Positions 46,830 to 55,910 of a DNA stretch of 64,000 nt are shown piece after piece (the first letter of the stretch is position 1; each line of letters starts with the position of its first letter). Source of the DNA: a virus. Taxonomy: Duplodnaviria; Caudoviricetes. The notes under the pieces are model-generated. The model saw only the letters and a list, made by a program, of their open reading frames with translations. It ran no database searches and was not told where the DNA came from. The stretch is from positions 1,370-65,369 of IMG/VR virus record IMGVR_UViG_3300028800_000093. One strand, given 5' to 3'. The position numbers and the translations under genes are program-made.

Positions 46830-47818
46830 TACGGCACCGACAAACTTTCTTCAAGTTTTTTGATGATGTTGATCCACTCTTTGTCGGCCCATTCTTTCGT
46901 TTGCTGTATAGAATTGAACGCGTCAACACGCGGGTACATCCAGCGGCCTTCGAGCTTATGTTTTGAAGATATGACGCGAAAAACCACGGTCTCTTTCTGG
47001 ACTTTGGCTTTGCCGGTCTTTTTATCGCGCATGATTTCGCCCTTACCATTGCGCTTGACTCGCTGGCTTACGACCGCACCGGCAAGCTTAAAGATACCGC
47101 CGTGAGGCTGTAGTCCGGTCTGGCCGATCTTGGCCAAGGCCTTATTCAATTCTTCAGCTGCAGCTTGGGTACGCGGCTTCGAGAATAGGTCGGGAGCCTG
47201 ATGCTGCGGAGTGCGAGAGTGCATGTCGAGCTTGTGGAGAATTCCTAACTTTGGTTCGCCGCTTGCGTTCTTTTCAATTTTGGTGAGCGATATCTTTTGG
47301 GTCTTGGCCTGTTGGCGAATCAACTCAGCGAATCCTGCCTTAGCACCTTTGGCGTCGGCTTTTCCTTCGGTCTGCTTCATGGGGATAGCGCGGTACAAGG
47401 AACCGTCTTTGGCTCGCTTGACGCCCTTAGCGCCAGGCTTTAAAAGCCATTCGCCCATGAATGTTTCTTCGCGGCCTTCTTCAAGCCAGCGAATGTTCTC
47501 GTCGAGTTCAACGACCCAGATGCCATCAGTGACTTTATTCCAGCGAACGTGTTTGACTGTTTGGTCAATTGCGGGATTTTGCGCAGATTGCCCGTGAGCA
47601 TTCTTACCGTAACGATCAAGACCTAAGAAGAACTGTCTTTTGAAGTCGTCGTTTGCCCATTTTTGTCTTGCGAGATTTACAATGTGGGCATGAGCAGCTA
47701 CCGACAAGGTTTCGACCGCATCGACTACTCTGTCTTCGATCACATCCCTGGTCGTGCGGAGTTGTTCCGCAATCGCAGAAACGTCTACTCTGAATCTGAA
47801 TGCGGCTTGGTTGTTCAC
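46829..47818 (-). CDS. tail completion/neck protein
   Basis: WLEEG, YRAIP, VFRVISSK...WMYP motifs of large-myovirus neck proteins. Confidence 0.65.
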   Translation of the reverse strand: MNNQAAFRFRVDVSAIAEQLRTTRDVIEDRVVDAVETLSVAAHAHIVNLARQKWANDDFKRQFFLGLDRYGKNAHGQSAQNPAIDQTVKHVRWNKVTDGIWVVELDENIRWLEEGREETFMGEWLLKPGAKGVKRAKDGSLYRAIPMKQTEGKADAKGAKAGFAELIRQQAKTQKISLTKIEKNASGEPKLGILHKLDMHSRTPQHQAPDLFSKPRTQAAAEELNKALAKIGQTGLQPHGGIFKLAGAVVSQRVKRNGKGEIMRDKKTGKAKVQKETVVFRVISSKHKLEGRWMYPRVDAFNSIQQTKEWADKEWINIIKKLEESLSVP

Positions 47819-49038
47819 TCACGAACCCCTTCCGTGCCAGACTTAGCCTTGGCGTTATGTGATGCAACGGAAATTACGTCGCCTTTGAGATCCTTCACTT
47901 GACCTGCGGCGACAGAACGCCATTTAGCTTTACCGTCAACCATAAGTTTTTTCTTGCGGCCTTTTACGGTGCCGACAGGATAACGAATGGCGATTGCTTT
48001 GTTCAACTCTTCGGTTAAACCGACAAGTTCAGACTTCTTGGTTGACTGTTTGGCTTTGGCCATATCGACAAGCTTGTGAACCAGACCCATGATCTTTTTG
48101 AAGGCTTCAGGATTCTTTTCCTGTAGCGACATTAAGCCTGGGAGTTTTTCTTGCACTGAGGCGAGGAGGTTTCCGATTTTATCGGTTGAAGCATCAGTAT
48201 CATCCGTATCGTCAGAATCCGAATCATCACTGTCGCTGTCACTATCGTCATCGCTATCATCATCGCCGTCATCTTTTTTACCTTTCTTGGAATCGGAGTC
48301 TTCAGAGTCCTTGGACTTTTTCTGTTTGGTCTCGGTATCGGGTTTGTCTTTTTTCTTCTCACCAGAAACTGCTTCAAGCAAACTGCCTGGCGGCTGTTTC
48401 TCTTGCTCGGCCTGTTGCTGCTGTTGCTGTTGAGCTTGTGCTTGCATTTGCTGAGCAGGACCCATCAACTGCTGAATAGTCGCATTGATCAACGCGCCTT
48501 CAGCTTGCAATTGCTGCTGAGCATCCAAGCCAGGCACGTACTTCCCGACGCCAGGTGCAGATGCATCGGGAGGCGGTGACTTCGGGTGAGTCATATCGTA
48601 CTGATTTGGCTGCGGACCAAACACATCGTCTTCAATTTGAAGAGACTTGCGCATCTCTTTGTACGAATCATCTTTCGGATCATACAATTCGATATCGTTT
48701 GTGAACGTAGATTTCTTGGCGGCTAGGGATGCTTCACGCAGATCGAGGCCCATGCCGACTGACATCATTGCGCCGAACACTTCGCGATAACCTGCAAGGA
48801 TAAGCGGGAGTTCTTCTGCTACGGTGATCGGGACTTGAAGCACTTGACGATCATACGTGGAAAGCGCGACTGAGCCGCCCTTCTCACCGACGAGCTGATT
48901 CATCTTGGTCGAAATGCTTTTGAGTTGATAGTCCAGGTCTTTAGCTTCTGCGAAGTAGCCTGAGTCTACGAGATCGCGGACTTTATCGGCTACGCCGTCT
49001 GTAGCTATGAGGACCCACACTGTGGTCTGTGTGCTCAC
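47815..49038 (-). CDS. degenerate mCpol-like nucleotidyltransferase domain + low-complexity tail
   Basis: SVGMGLDLREASLAAK C-terminal pattern; altered DGD and GGD sites; poly-Q and Asp/Ser tracts. Confidence 0.55.
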   Translation of the reverse strand: MSTQTTVWVLIATDGVADKVRDLVDSGYFAEAKDLDYQLKSISTKMNQLVGEKGGSVALSTYDRQVLQVPITVAEELPLILAGYREVFGAMMSVGMGLDLREASLAAKKSTFTNDIELYDPKDDSYKEMRKSLQIEDDVFGPQPNQYDMTHPKSPPPDASAPGVGKYVPGLDAQQQLQAEGALINATIQQLMGPAQQMQAQAQQQQQQQAEQEKQPPGSLLEAVSGEKKKDKPDTETKQKKSKDSEDSDSKKGKKDDGDDDSDDDSDSDSDDSDSDDTDDTDASTDKIGNLLASVQEKLPGLMSLQEKNPEAFKKIMGLVHKLVDMAKAKQSTKKSELVGLTEELNKAIAIRYPVGTVKGRKKKLMVDGKAKWRSVAAGQVKDLKGDVISVASHNAKAKSGTEGVRE

Positions 49039-51179
49039 GATACACCAAACTTTCTCTTTATCAGCAAGGCTGATTTGAGCGTTAAAAGGAACAGCTTAAC
49101 CACTTCTGGGTCAGCTCCCTTGGCAAACGCCAGGCTGAAATTGCCGTCAGACTTCTTCATAACCTGAACGAATTTATACGGCTTGCCTTCTTCATCTTTC
49201 TTCATAACCAAGAAACATGCGCACGGCTGAAACTTGGGATTGCCGTCTTTATCTTTCACGAATTCAGCGACTCCGCAGTTCTGGCAAGCGGACTTGTAAA
49301 GCTGCTCTTCAGTTGCGTGTGAAATCACGGACTTGCCGAGTTTGTTTCTGAAATACTCGTCTTTTTGCATAGTCGGATTCTTGGGTTGAACAGCGCCAGG
49401 AGTCTTGGGCGGTTTGTATCCGCCCGTGCCCGATGCGTCAGCCTGCGCCGAAGCTTGCTTTGCGGCGGCTTGCGCCGGAGCATTGGAAGGAGGTATTGGA
49501 GCTTTGGGAGCCAATGCTTTCGCGGGACCGTTCGGTTGACCTGCGCCCATCGGCTTATCAGCTTTGCCGAATCCACCAAGACCTAGGCCGACTCCGCCCA
49601 TCACGCGACCGTGTGCTGTAGGACTAGCTTTAGCGTCTGCTGCAATACCAGAAGCTGCAGATGAACTGCCTCCGCTGGAAGGTTCAGCTGCAAACATTGG
49701 AAATGCGATTCCGCCGCCAGCGGGTTTCTTGGCATTGGTAACACCGCCGCCTCCCGAGGGAGACGATTGGCTGGTGACCTGCTTGCCCTTTTCTTCTTTC
49801 TTCACATGCTCAGGCAATTTCTTGCCCTTGGTTGCTTCATCCCACTCGTGAACGTGAGCTTTACCGCCGAGAGCTTTAGTACCATCGTCGGTGTGTGCCC
49901 AGCGACGCTGAGCATCGGACACGTAAGGCTTCGAGAGTTTTTCGGCAGCTTTACGGAAATAGGAATTGCATTTGTCGAGTTTCGGATTCGGCGCAACGGG
50001 CGCAGACGATTGACGAGGCGAAGAAGTGTCTGCGGGCGCATGTGGTGCCATGGAATCTTTCTTGATGCCGTCGGCGCTGATGCGCTGTTGAATGCCCTTT
50101 TGCTGATGCTGATCTTGTTCTGCACCGGCCATGCGCGGGCTAGAAATATTACGAGCAGCTTGCATAGACGGAGCCATCGACTCTTTTGAGAACGGCTTCT
50201 CTGTATGCGGAGTATCCGATACTCTTACACCTTCAGCCATTTGGCGAGGTTTCGGTACCGGAGTGGCGGGCATGTCTTCTTTCTTAAATGGAGTTTCTTT
50301 CGAGGGAATTTCTGCGCGTCCTTTGGATTCAGGTGCAACTTTTGTCTTGGGATCAATAACGAGATCGGCGGCATCTTTGCCTCTCAAGTCTCGAACTTCT
50401 AGAGTGCCCATGCCAGGCGTTTTGATGTCGGGATTGTTCTTCAAGTCTTTATTGTGGTCTTTACCGACTTGCTCTGCCGATTTACCCTCGGTGAGTTTGC
50501 CTTGCTGATCTTTCACTTCTTTCTCCGATACCTTGTCAAGCTCGCTCTCGAATCTATCACGTGACAATTGCTTAGCGCAGAGAGCGTCTACAAGTTTGCC
50601 GATGACGGCAGTCATTTCGCGGACATTGGCGTGGGACATTTGCCATTTGATGTTTTCAGGGTCATCTGGCGGAGTACAATTTGACATGCCGATCATGCTG
50701 CGAACCATGTCGAGATCAGGGCCTTCGGCTTTAGGTTCGTTCAAATGCGGATTGGCCGTCGCTTCTTCTGCAACGAGATCGTCTGAACTCTTAGGCTTCT
50801 CATCGCCGAACGAATCATAAAGTTCGCCTACCGTCATCATGTGGCCGGACACTGCAGGAAGGGATTGCTTCTCGAACGTATGGATGATCTTTCCGCCCTG
50901 AACGTATTCGGCGCGGTATTGATCGTCGGCCTGCTTTTCAAAGTGAATCATAATATCATCGCGGCCAGGAAACTTGACATCGAGAATATTGCCAGGTTTC
51001 ATAGGCTTGATGTTTTGGACAAGCCAAGAGATGATGGTTCGCGGAACGACAATCAACGGCAGATAGTACTCCAGCGGGTCAATTACCGCTGCAGTCTTCT
51101 GCTTAAAAATGGCTTTCTCAAGGGTTTCATACCCCTGATTGCCAAGAATTGATTTTAGCAGCTTCGTGCTGTCGTTCAT
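49035..51179 (-). CDS. large putative internal head protein with C-terminal Zn-binding motif
   Basis: many phi-x-K-[ASDE] motifs; CQNC...CAC. Confidence 0.7.
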   Translation of the reverse strand: MNDSTKLLKSILGNQGYETLEKAIFKQKTAAVIDPLEYYLPLIVVPRTIISWLVQNIKPMKPGNILDVKFPGRDDIMIHFEKQADDQYRAEYVQGGKIIHTFEKQSLPAVSGHMMTVGELYDSFGDEKPKSSDDLVAEEATANPHLNEPKAEGPDLDMVRSMIGMSNCTPPDDPENIKWQMSHANVREMTAVIGKLVDALCAKQLSRDRFESELDKVSEKEVKDQQGKLTEGKSAEQVGKDHNKDLKNNPDIKTPGMGTLEVRDLRGKDAADLVIDPKTKVAPESKGRAEIPSKETPFKKEDMPATPVPKPRQMAEGVRVSDTPHTEKPFSKESMAPSMQAARNISSPRMAGAEQDQHQQKGIQQRISADGIKKDSMAPHAPADTSSPRQSSAPVAPNPKLDKCNSYFRKAAEKLSKPYVSDAQRRWAHTDDGTKALGGKAHVHEWDEATKGKKLPEHVKKEEKGKQVTSQSSPSGGGGVTNAKKPAGGGIAFPMFAAEPSSGGSSSAASGIAADAKASPTAHGRVMGGVGLGLGGFGKADKPMGAGQPNGPAKALAPKAPIPPSNAPAQAAAKQASAQADASGTGGYKPPKTPGAVQPKNPTMQKDEYFRNKLGKSVISHATEEQLYKSACQNCGVAEFVKDKDGNPKFQPCACFLVMKKDEEGKPYKFVQVMKKSDGNFSLAFAKGADPEVVKLFLLTLKSALLIKRKFGVS

Positions 51180-51191
51180 CGAAAGACCGCC

Positions 51192-51590
51192 TTACGAGTT
51201 GCTGCCGGAATTTGGATTCAATTTAAGGTCATCGTTGATCAGGTATCCGAAGCAAGTTGCTGCACTACAGATAATGTAGTTGTTTGTATACACGGCGATC
51301 AGCGTGTAATCCATAGGTTTCAGGGCGATGCCATCTGCGCCGCCTGTCGGAGCAGTGACTGCATTGGTCGTACCGAGTTTAGCCCATGCAGTGGTCGCGC
51401 TGTTGTTGTAAACGGCGACGATGGAACCAAGTTCCACGCCGACAGCTGCATTCAACGCTCCGAGGATCGTAGGATATCCGAGTATCGGGCCGAGCTGCTT
51501 CATTGCACCAGAATGTTGGTTGAATGAGCCTTCAGTCGCGTCTGCCGCGCTATACCGATCTTGTGAGGCTTTTGTTCTTTTGGCGTTCAT
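51192..51590 (-). CDS. virion structural protein
   Basis: late motif at 51613-51621, AGGAG RBS. Confidence 0.65.
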   Translation of the reverse strand: MNAKRTKASQDRYSAADATEGSFNQHSGAMKQLGPILGYPTILGALNAAVGVELGSIVAVYNNSATTAWAKLGTTNAVTAPTGGADGIALKPMDYTLIAVYTNNYIICSAATCFGYLINDDLKLNPNSGSNS

Positions 51591-51622
51591 GGGAATCTCC
51601 TATATAATCAACAAGATTAGGC

Positions 51623-52555
51623 TCAAAGCATTCCGCCGTTGGAACTGCCGTCATTTGGCCCAGTTACCCCACCGACAGGAGGTGGGTTCTGGTATCTCTG
51701 ATCCATTCTCGATTGATTTGGGTCGTTGTTCACATCGCTAAGTACTTGTTCTCTCATCACTAAAGCTTGAAACGGCATGCGTTCAAGTTTACGGTCAAAG
51801 GTCAACATGTCTGTGATCTGACTCACGCGGATTTCATGCAGCATTTTTGCCACGATGAAATAGGGTGTGTATCTGTACCGGATTGCATAGACGGTGCCGC
51901 GATTGGTCTTCTCATTGAAACCTGGCCGGTTCTGGGTCAGCCATTTGATGAAACCTTCGGGCGTGATCGAAAAATCAGTGTCTTGCTTGTATTCTTTGCC
52001 ATCTGCGTCACGAAGATATTCCACGAACGTGGCCGGATACTGCAGCTTGTCAACGCCGGTCGAATTGGCTTCAATGTACTGGACGGCGATTACTCGCACT
52101 TCAACGTCTTTTAGGTAGAAGCGGTCCCACTTGCCGATCACTACTTCTTCGCGGTTGCCGCACTCGTCCGGCTCGCCGGACTCATATTGCATAGGGAATG
52201 TCACAATGGCAGTATCGGCCTCGGTCACACCTTCGACTTCGATGTTCCAGTCAGACGTATTGCTGCTGAAAAAGATGTGCATCGAGCCAGCTTCCTTGTA
52301 AATGAAGTTGTCATCGGACTGACGCTTGGACTGAACCGCATGAATGTCGCCGATGGACGCCATACCGGACGGGTCTGGGAAGGCGCGGTAGTGAATTACG
52401 TCAACGCCCTGACTTTTGATCAACTGGTTGAACGCATCTCGGTCAAACGACTGTTGGTACTGTGCCAGCTGAATAATTTGCTGCATACCGTCGAGAGGCT
52501 GGTTCTGTCTTTTGCGGGGTCCACCGCGTCTGCGGGGAGCTGCTTTGTCGGCCAT
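51623..52555 (-). CDS. head closure/neck protein
   Basis: FNQLIKSQG, WDRFYL, YAIRYRYTPYFIV...HEIR pattern. Confidence 0.65.
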   Translation of the reverse strand: MADKAAPRRRGGPRKRQNQPLDGMQQIIQLAQYQQSFDRDAFNQLIKSQGVDVIHYRAFPDPSGMASIGDIHAVQSKRQSDDNFIYKEAGSMHIFFSSNTSDWNIEVEGVTEADTAIVTFPMQYESGEPDECGNREEVVIGKWDRFYLKDVEVRVIAVQYIEANSTGVDKLQYPATFVEYLRDADGKEYKQDTDFSITPEGFIKWLTQNRPGFNEKTNRGTVYAIRYRYTPYFIVAKMLHEIRVSQITDMLTFDRKLERMPFQALVMREQVLSDVNNDPNQSRMDQRYQNPPPVGGVTGPNDGSSNGGML

Positions 52556-52557
52556 AC

Positions 52558-53067
52558 CTACTCCTTAAACAGATCAGATAATTCGTCGTGATCTTGAGCG
52601 CACATCGCGGGCACCGTCATGGTAAGGTCGCGAACGAGTGCATGTCTGCTGATTTTGCCAGCTTTGATTTCTTCTTGAGCTTCGCTTTTGCTCATTACTT
52701 CGATCTTGCCCTTGGAAACGTCATACACGACGAAGGTGTCGGCGGCGGTTGCTTCGACTTTGCTGAGGGATACGGTCGGCATGAACATCACCTTACGAAG
52801 CTTTTGGAACAAGTCTTCTTCCGACTTGATCAGGTCGCGCTCGGATTTCTTGAAGTCTGAATCCCAAATGATCTTTTCTTTTTTGCCAGCGAGGAACTGG
52901 GCTATGGCGCGATGAGGCGCGGCACCTATAGAGCATGTGTTGCCGGACTCGTCCTTGCAAAAGAATGCGTGCAGACCACCTTTGGTGGAAATGTAAACGA
53001 CCGGACGACCGTCGTCAGTCTTACCGGCTATGGACTTGCTATCTATCTGGTCTGCGCTAATTTTCAT
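52558..53067 (-). CDS. hypothetical virion-associated protein
   Basis: FKKSE and LIKSE motifs. Confidence 0.65.
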   Translation of the reverse strand: MKISADQIDSKSIAGKTDDGRPVVYISTKGGLHAFFCKDESGNTCSIGAAPHRAIAQFLAGKKEKIIWDSDFKKSERDLIKSEEDLFQKLRKVMFMPTVSLSKVEATAADTFVVYDVSKGKIEVMSKSEAQEEIKAGKISRHALVRDLTMTVPAMCAQDHDELSDLFKE

Positions 53068-54116
53068 ACGGTTTTGTTAGCCTGCTTGATGTTGGATTTT
53101 AATTTCTCTTCTGGCGTCATCATAGATTGAGGCTTGATCGAATCAAGCTCTTCGTCGCGAATGCGGCCCATATCGGGCGTGAAGTTGGAGTCGCGAGTCG
53201 GCTCTTCAGTCAACTCGTCTTCGCGCCGCTTGTACCAGTTCTTCACTCGCATTGCGAAATCGGAACTGTCAACTGCAGTCTGCGTCTTCTTGATATCGCT
53301 GGCGGGAGTACGCTTAGGAGCGTAGGGGTTTAGCTTGTCAAGTTGCTTGAACTTCGACACGTAATCACTGTGGACTAATTTGTCGGTCGTGATGTCCGTC
53401 GGATGCAAGTTGTGGCCATGTAACCAAGCGAACGCAGCTTTGTTTGCATTGCCGCCTTGTCTCTGATGTACGTGCTCTGCGAGCTTGCGGGCTAAACCAA
53501 GTTCCACTTTCGGATTCTGCTTGAGGTGTGCTTCAAGTTTATCGTGCGACATTTGCGGAAGGTCTTTGTATTCCGGCTTGAGGGAGCCGTCGCGCTGCAT
53601 GCGGCCAACGATTTCATCGACCGTAGGCTTAAGAAGTCCCCAACGCCCTATAGCGCGAGTGCCCTTAAACTTGCCTGACTGTATAGGCTTGTGTTTCACG
53701 TTTTTCCCACCAGTCGATTCGATCTGTTCCACGTTCCAAAGGAAGTGATCCATTGGATGGGTTCCAAAATCTTCTGAATGATCTTCTGCTTGGGCCACTG
53801 CCGGAGGAGCCGACGGCTTAAACTGCGGGCGGTGCATCTGGCTACCCATTGGACTGACTGCAGTCGCGAGGCTTAGTCCGACAGCCGTAGCTTTTTGACG
53901 AAGAGACTTTGAGATGTCAGTGTTTTCTACCCACGAAGACATGGCATGGCCGTCGATGTATTCCGAAACAGCTTCCACGGCTTCTTTCAAGGTCTCGCAG
54001 GACATCGCGATCTCTTGTGTCATCGGGAACATCATAAAAACAGGATTCAAATCTTCTATGTCGGAGATTTTGAAGAACTGCTTGTCTTGGTTCGGCGATT
54101 GAACAAATAAAATCAT
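53064..54116 (-). CDS. lytic transglycosylase (SLT/lysozyme-like) domain protein
   Basis: QIESTGG (catalytic Glu), AIGRWGLL, AAFAWLHG. Confidence 0.7.
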   Translation of the reverse strand: MILFVQSPNQDKQFFKISDIEDLNPVFMMFPMTQEIAMSCETLKEAVEAVSEYIDGHAMSSWVENTDISKSLRQKATAVGLSLATAVSPMGSQMHRPQFKPSAPPAVAQAEDHSEDFGTHPMDHFLWNVEQIESTGGKNVKHKPIQSGKFKGTRAIGRWGLLKPTVDEIVGRMQRDGSLKPEYKDLPQMSHDKLEAHLKQNPKVELGLARKLAEHVHQRQGGNANKAAFAWLHGHNLHPTDITTDKLVHSDYVSKFKQLDKLNPYAPKRTPASDIKKTQTAVDSSDFAMRVKNWYKRREDELTEEPTRDSNFTPDMGRIRDEELDSIKPQSMMTPEEKLKSNIKQANKTV

Positions 54117-55909
54117 GCAGCCTGCCTTTCGCTGATCAGTCGACGAAAGTGATCTGCCCAGCTTTTGAGGATATCGCGTTTAGCGGCTGGGAGTTGATCA
54201 ATTGCATCGGCGATTGCCGCCATATGCGCATACTTTGGTCCGTCGGGATGCCACGTGTCCGAGAAGTGCCGCAGCATTTGATTGCGTGGGTCTACGTCGG
54301 GTTCGTTTCTGATCGCTTTCGTTTCCAAGTATGGATTCTCCGCAAGTGACTTAAATGTTTCTCCAGCTTCTTCGGGTGTCATGCCCGAGATTATGTTTCT
54401 GACGCCGCTGTTGAGCAAGGACCTTTGTTTGAAAGTCAGCTTGCCCTTCTTGTTGACTATATCAGAAATTGCCGAGAGAGCATCCTTTTTATTGCTTGGA
54501 AGAGATTTCAATTGCTTAGCAGTGATTTTTGGCGTGGCAGGTGACGAATTGCGCGTATCCTGGAATGCATGATGCAGTGAGCTAACATCATACATATTGT
54601 CGCCTTCGGGATCTGCTTGCATCGCGGTGTTCCAGTTGTTCATCTTGTGCCAGCGATTATTGAAATTGTCGCGGACGTGATTGCGCACGTCAGGATCTTT
54701 GATGTGTGCGACCTGACTTTCGAGTTCGTCTTTGATCTTCTGGCCGTGCTGTGACCACCAGTCAACTAGCTCGTGGTGAGAAGAGAAGCCCTGCGCTCCG
54801 CGATGTAAGTGGTGCAACGCAGATTTGGTGATGTAGGCCATTGGGGTCTCTTTGACTTGCGACATTTCTGGATCAGCTGATGCCATCCACTTGGCTCTCG
54901 GGCCTTCGCGGAGTATCTTTGAGTACTGCATGTTGCGTTCGTGATCAATCGCTAAAACTGGATTGTATCCTTGCACATTCGTCGTGTCGGGCGAGACCAG
55001 GAGATTACCCCAGTGCCTGTCAAGGTTGTTTGTCAGATAGTCCATCACGCCGATCTTATGAATGTCGGTCGGGTTGACTTGATACTTGTCTTTGTTGTAG
55101 GACTTCGCGCCCATCTCGTAACCATGTGCAAATTTATGCACAGTTAAAGGCACACCTTTATGCTCATGCGCTGACACATCTTCGGCGAGATCACCGATGT
55201 TGCCAGCGTTGAACAAGGCTTTGGTCGCCATAGTCGCCCAGCCAAGAATAGGATGTTTGACCCAGGACTTGGTTGCTGATTCGATTTCGCGGTGATACGG
55301 TTTGGCCATATACTTGTTGGGCGAATGGGGATACTCAGTATCTTCGATTTCGTGAACCATCTTGGGTGAAATTCCCTTTTCATCCAGCTTACTGGCGGGG
55401 AATTCCATATTTTTATCATTGAGCATTTTGGCGTGCTCAGGGTGAACTGGGAACTGAGTAATGTGCGGCTTTGCATCAACGACAAGATTAGCATCTTCAT
55501 TGTGCTTCTTAGCTACGCGGTTCCAATCCTTTTCTTTGACTGCCTTTTTCAAATCGGAAATGGTCAGATTCTGGAGTGAGCTTGCAGCCCACGTGCCGAA
55601 TTCGTAAACGGATTTTTCCAGGAGTTGTCGGTGAAAGTTGCTGGGTAAACTGTCGAGAGTTTCCTGGCGATATCCAGGAACCGTCAGATATTTCTTGAGA
55701 AAATGAAGGCCCATGTGGTCGGGCGCAAACTGTTGCTTAACGATGAATGGAACATGCTTTGCGACAAGTTCGCCGAACGCTGCTCGGCCTTCCGGCCCGA
55801 GTTCAGACTCAAGGGCTTCCATGAATTCACCAAGGGAGATCGTCCCAACGGGTTCGGTCTTTTCTAAGGACTGATCTCGCTGAGATAGCCAACGCTTGAT
55901 GCTCTTCAT
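54113..55909 (-). CDS. HipA/PI3-4-kinase-like atypical kinase
   Basis: YMAKP, MDYLTNNLDRHWGNLLV catalytic loop, AIDHE. Confidence 0.8.
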   Translation of the reverse strand: MKSIKRWLSQRDQSLEKTEPVGTISLGEFMEALESELGPEGRAAFGELVAKHVPFIVKQQFAPDHMGLHFLKKYLTVPGYRQETLDSLPSNFHRQLLEKSVYEFGTWAASSLQNLTISDLKKAVKEKDWNRVAKKHNEDANLVVDAKPHITQFPVHPEHAKMLNDKNMEFPASKLDEKGISPKMVHEIEDTEYPHSPNKYMAKPYHREIESATKSWVKHPILGWATMATKALFNAGNIGDLAEDVSAHEHKGVPLTVHKFAHGYEMGAKSYNKDKYQVNPTDIHKIGVMDYLTNNLDRHWGNLLVSPDTTNVQGYNPVLAIDHERNMQYSKILREGPRAKWMASADPEMSQVKETPMAYITKSALHHLHRGAQGFSSHHELVDWWSQHGQKIKDELESQVAHIKDPDVRNHVRDNFNNRWHKMNNWNTAMQADPEGDNMYDVSSLHHAFQDTRNSSPATPKITAKQLKSLPSNKKDALSAISDIVNKKGKLTFKQRSLLNSGVRNIISGMTPEEAGETFKSLAENPYLETKAIRNEPDVDPRNQMLRHFSDTWHPDGPKYAHMAAIADAIDQLPAAKRDILKSWADHFRRLISERQAA

Positions 55910-55910
55910 G

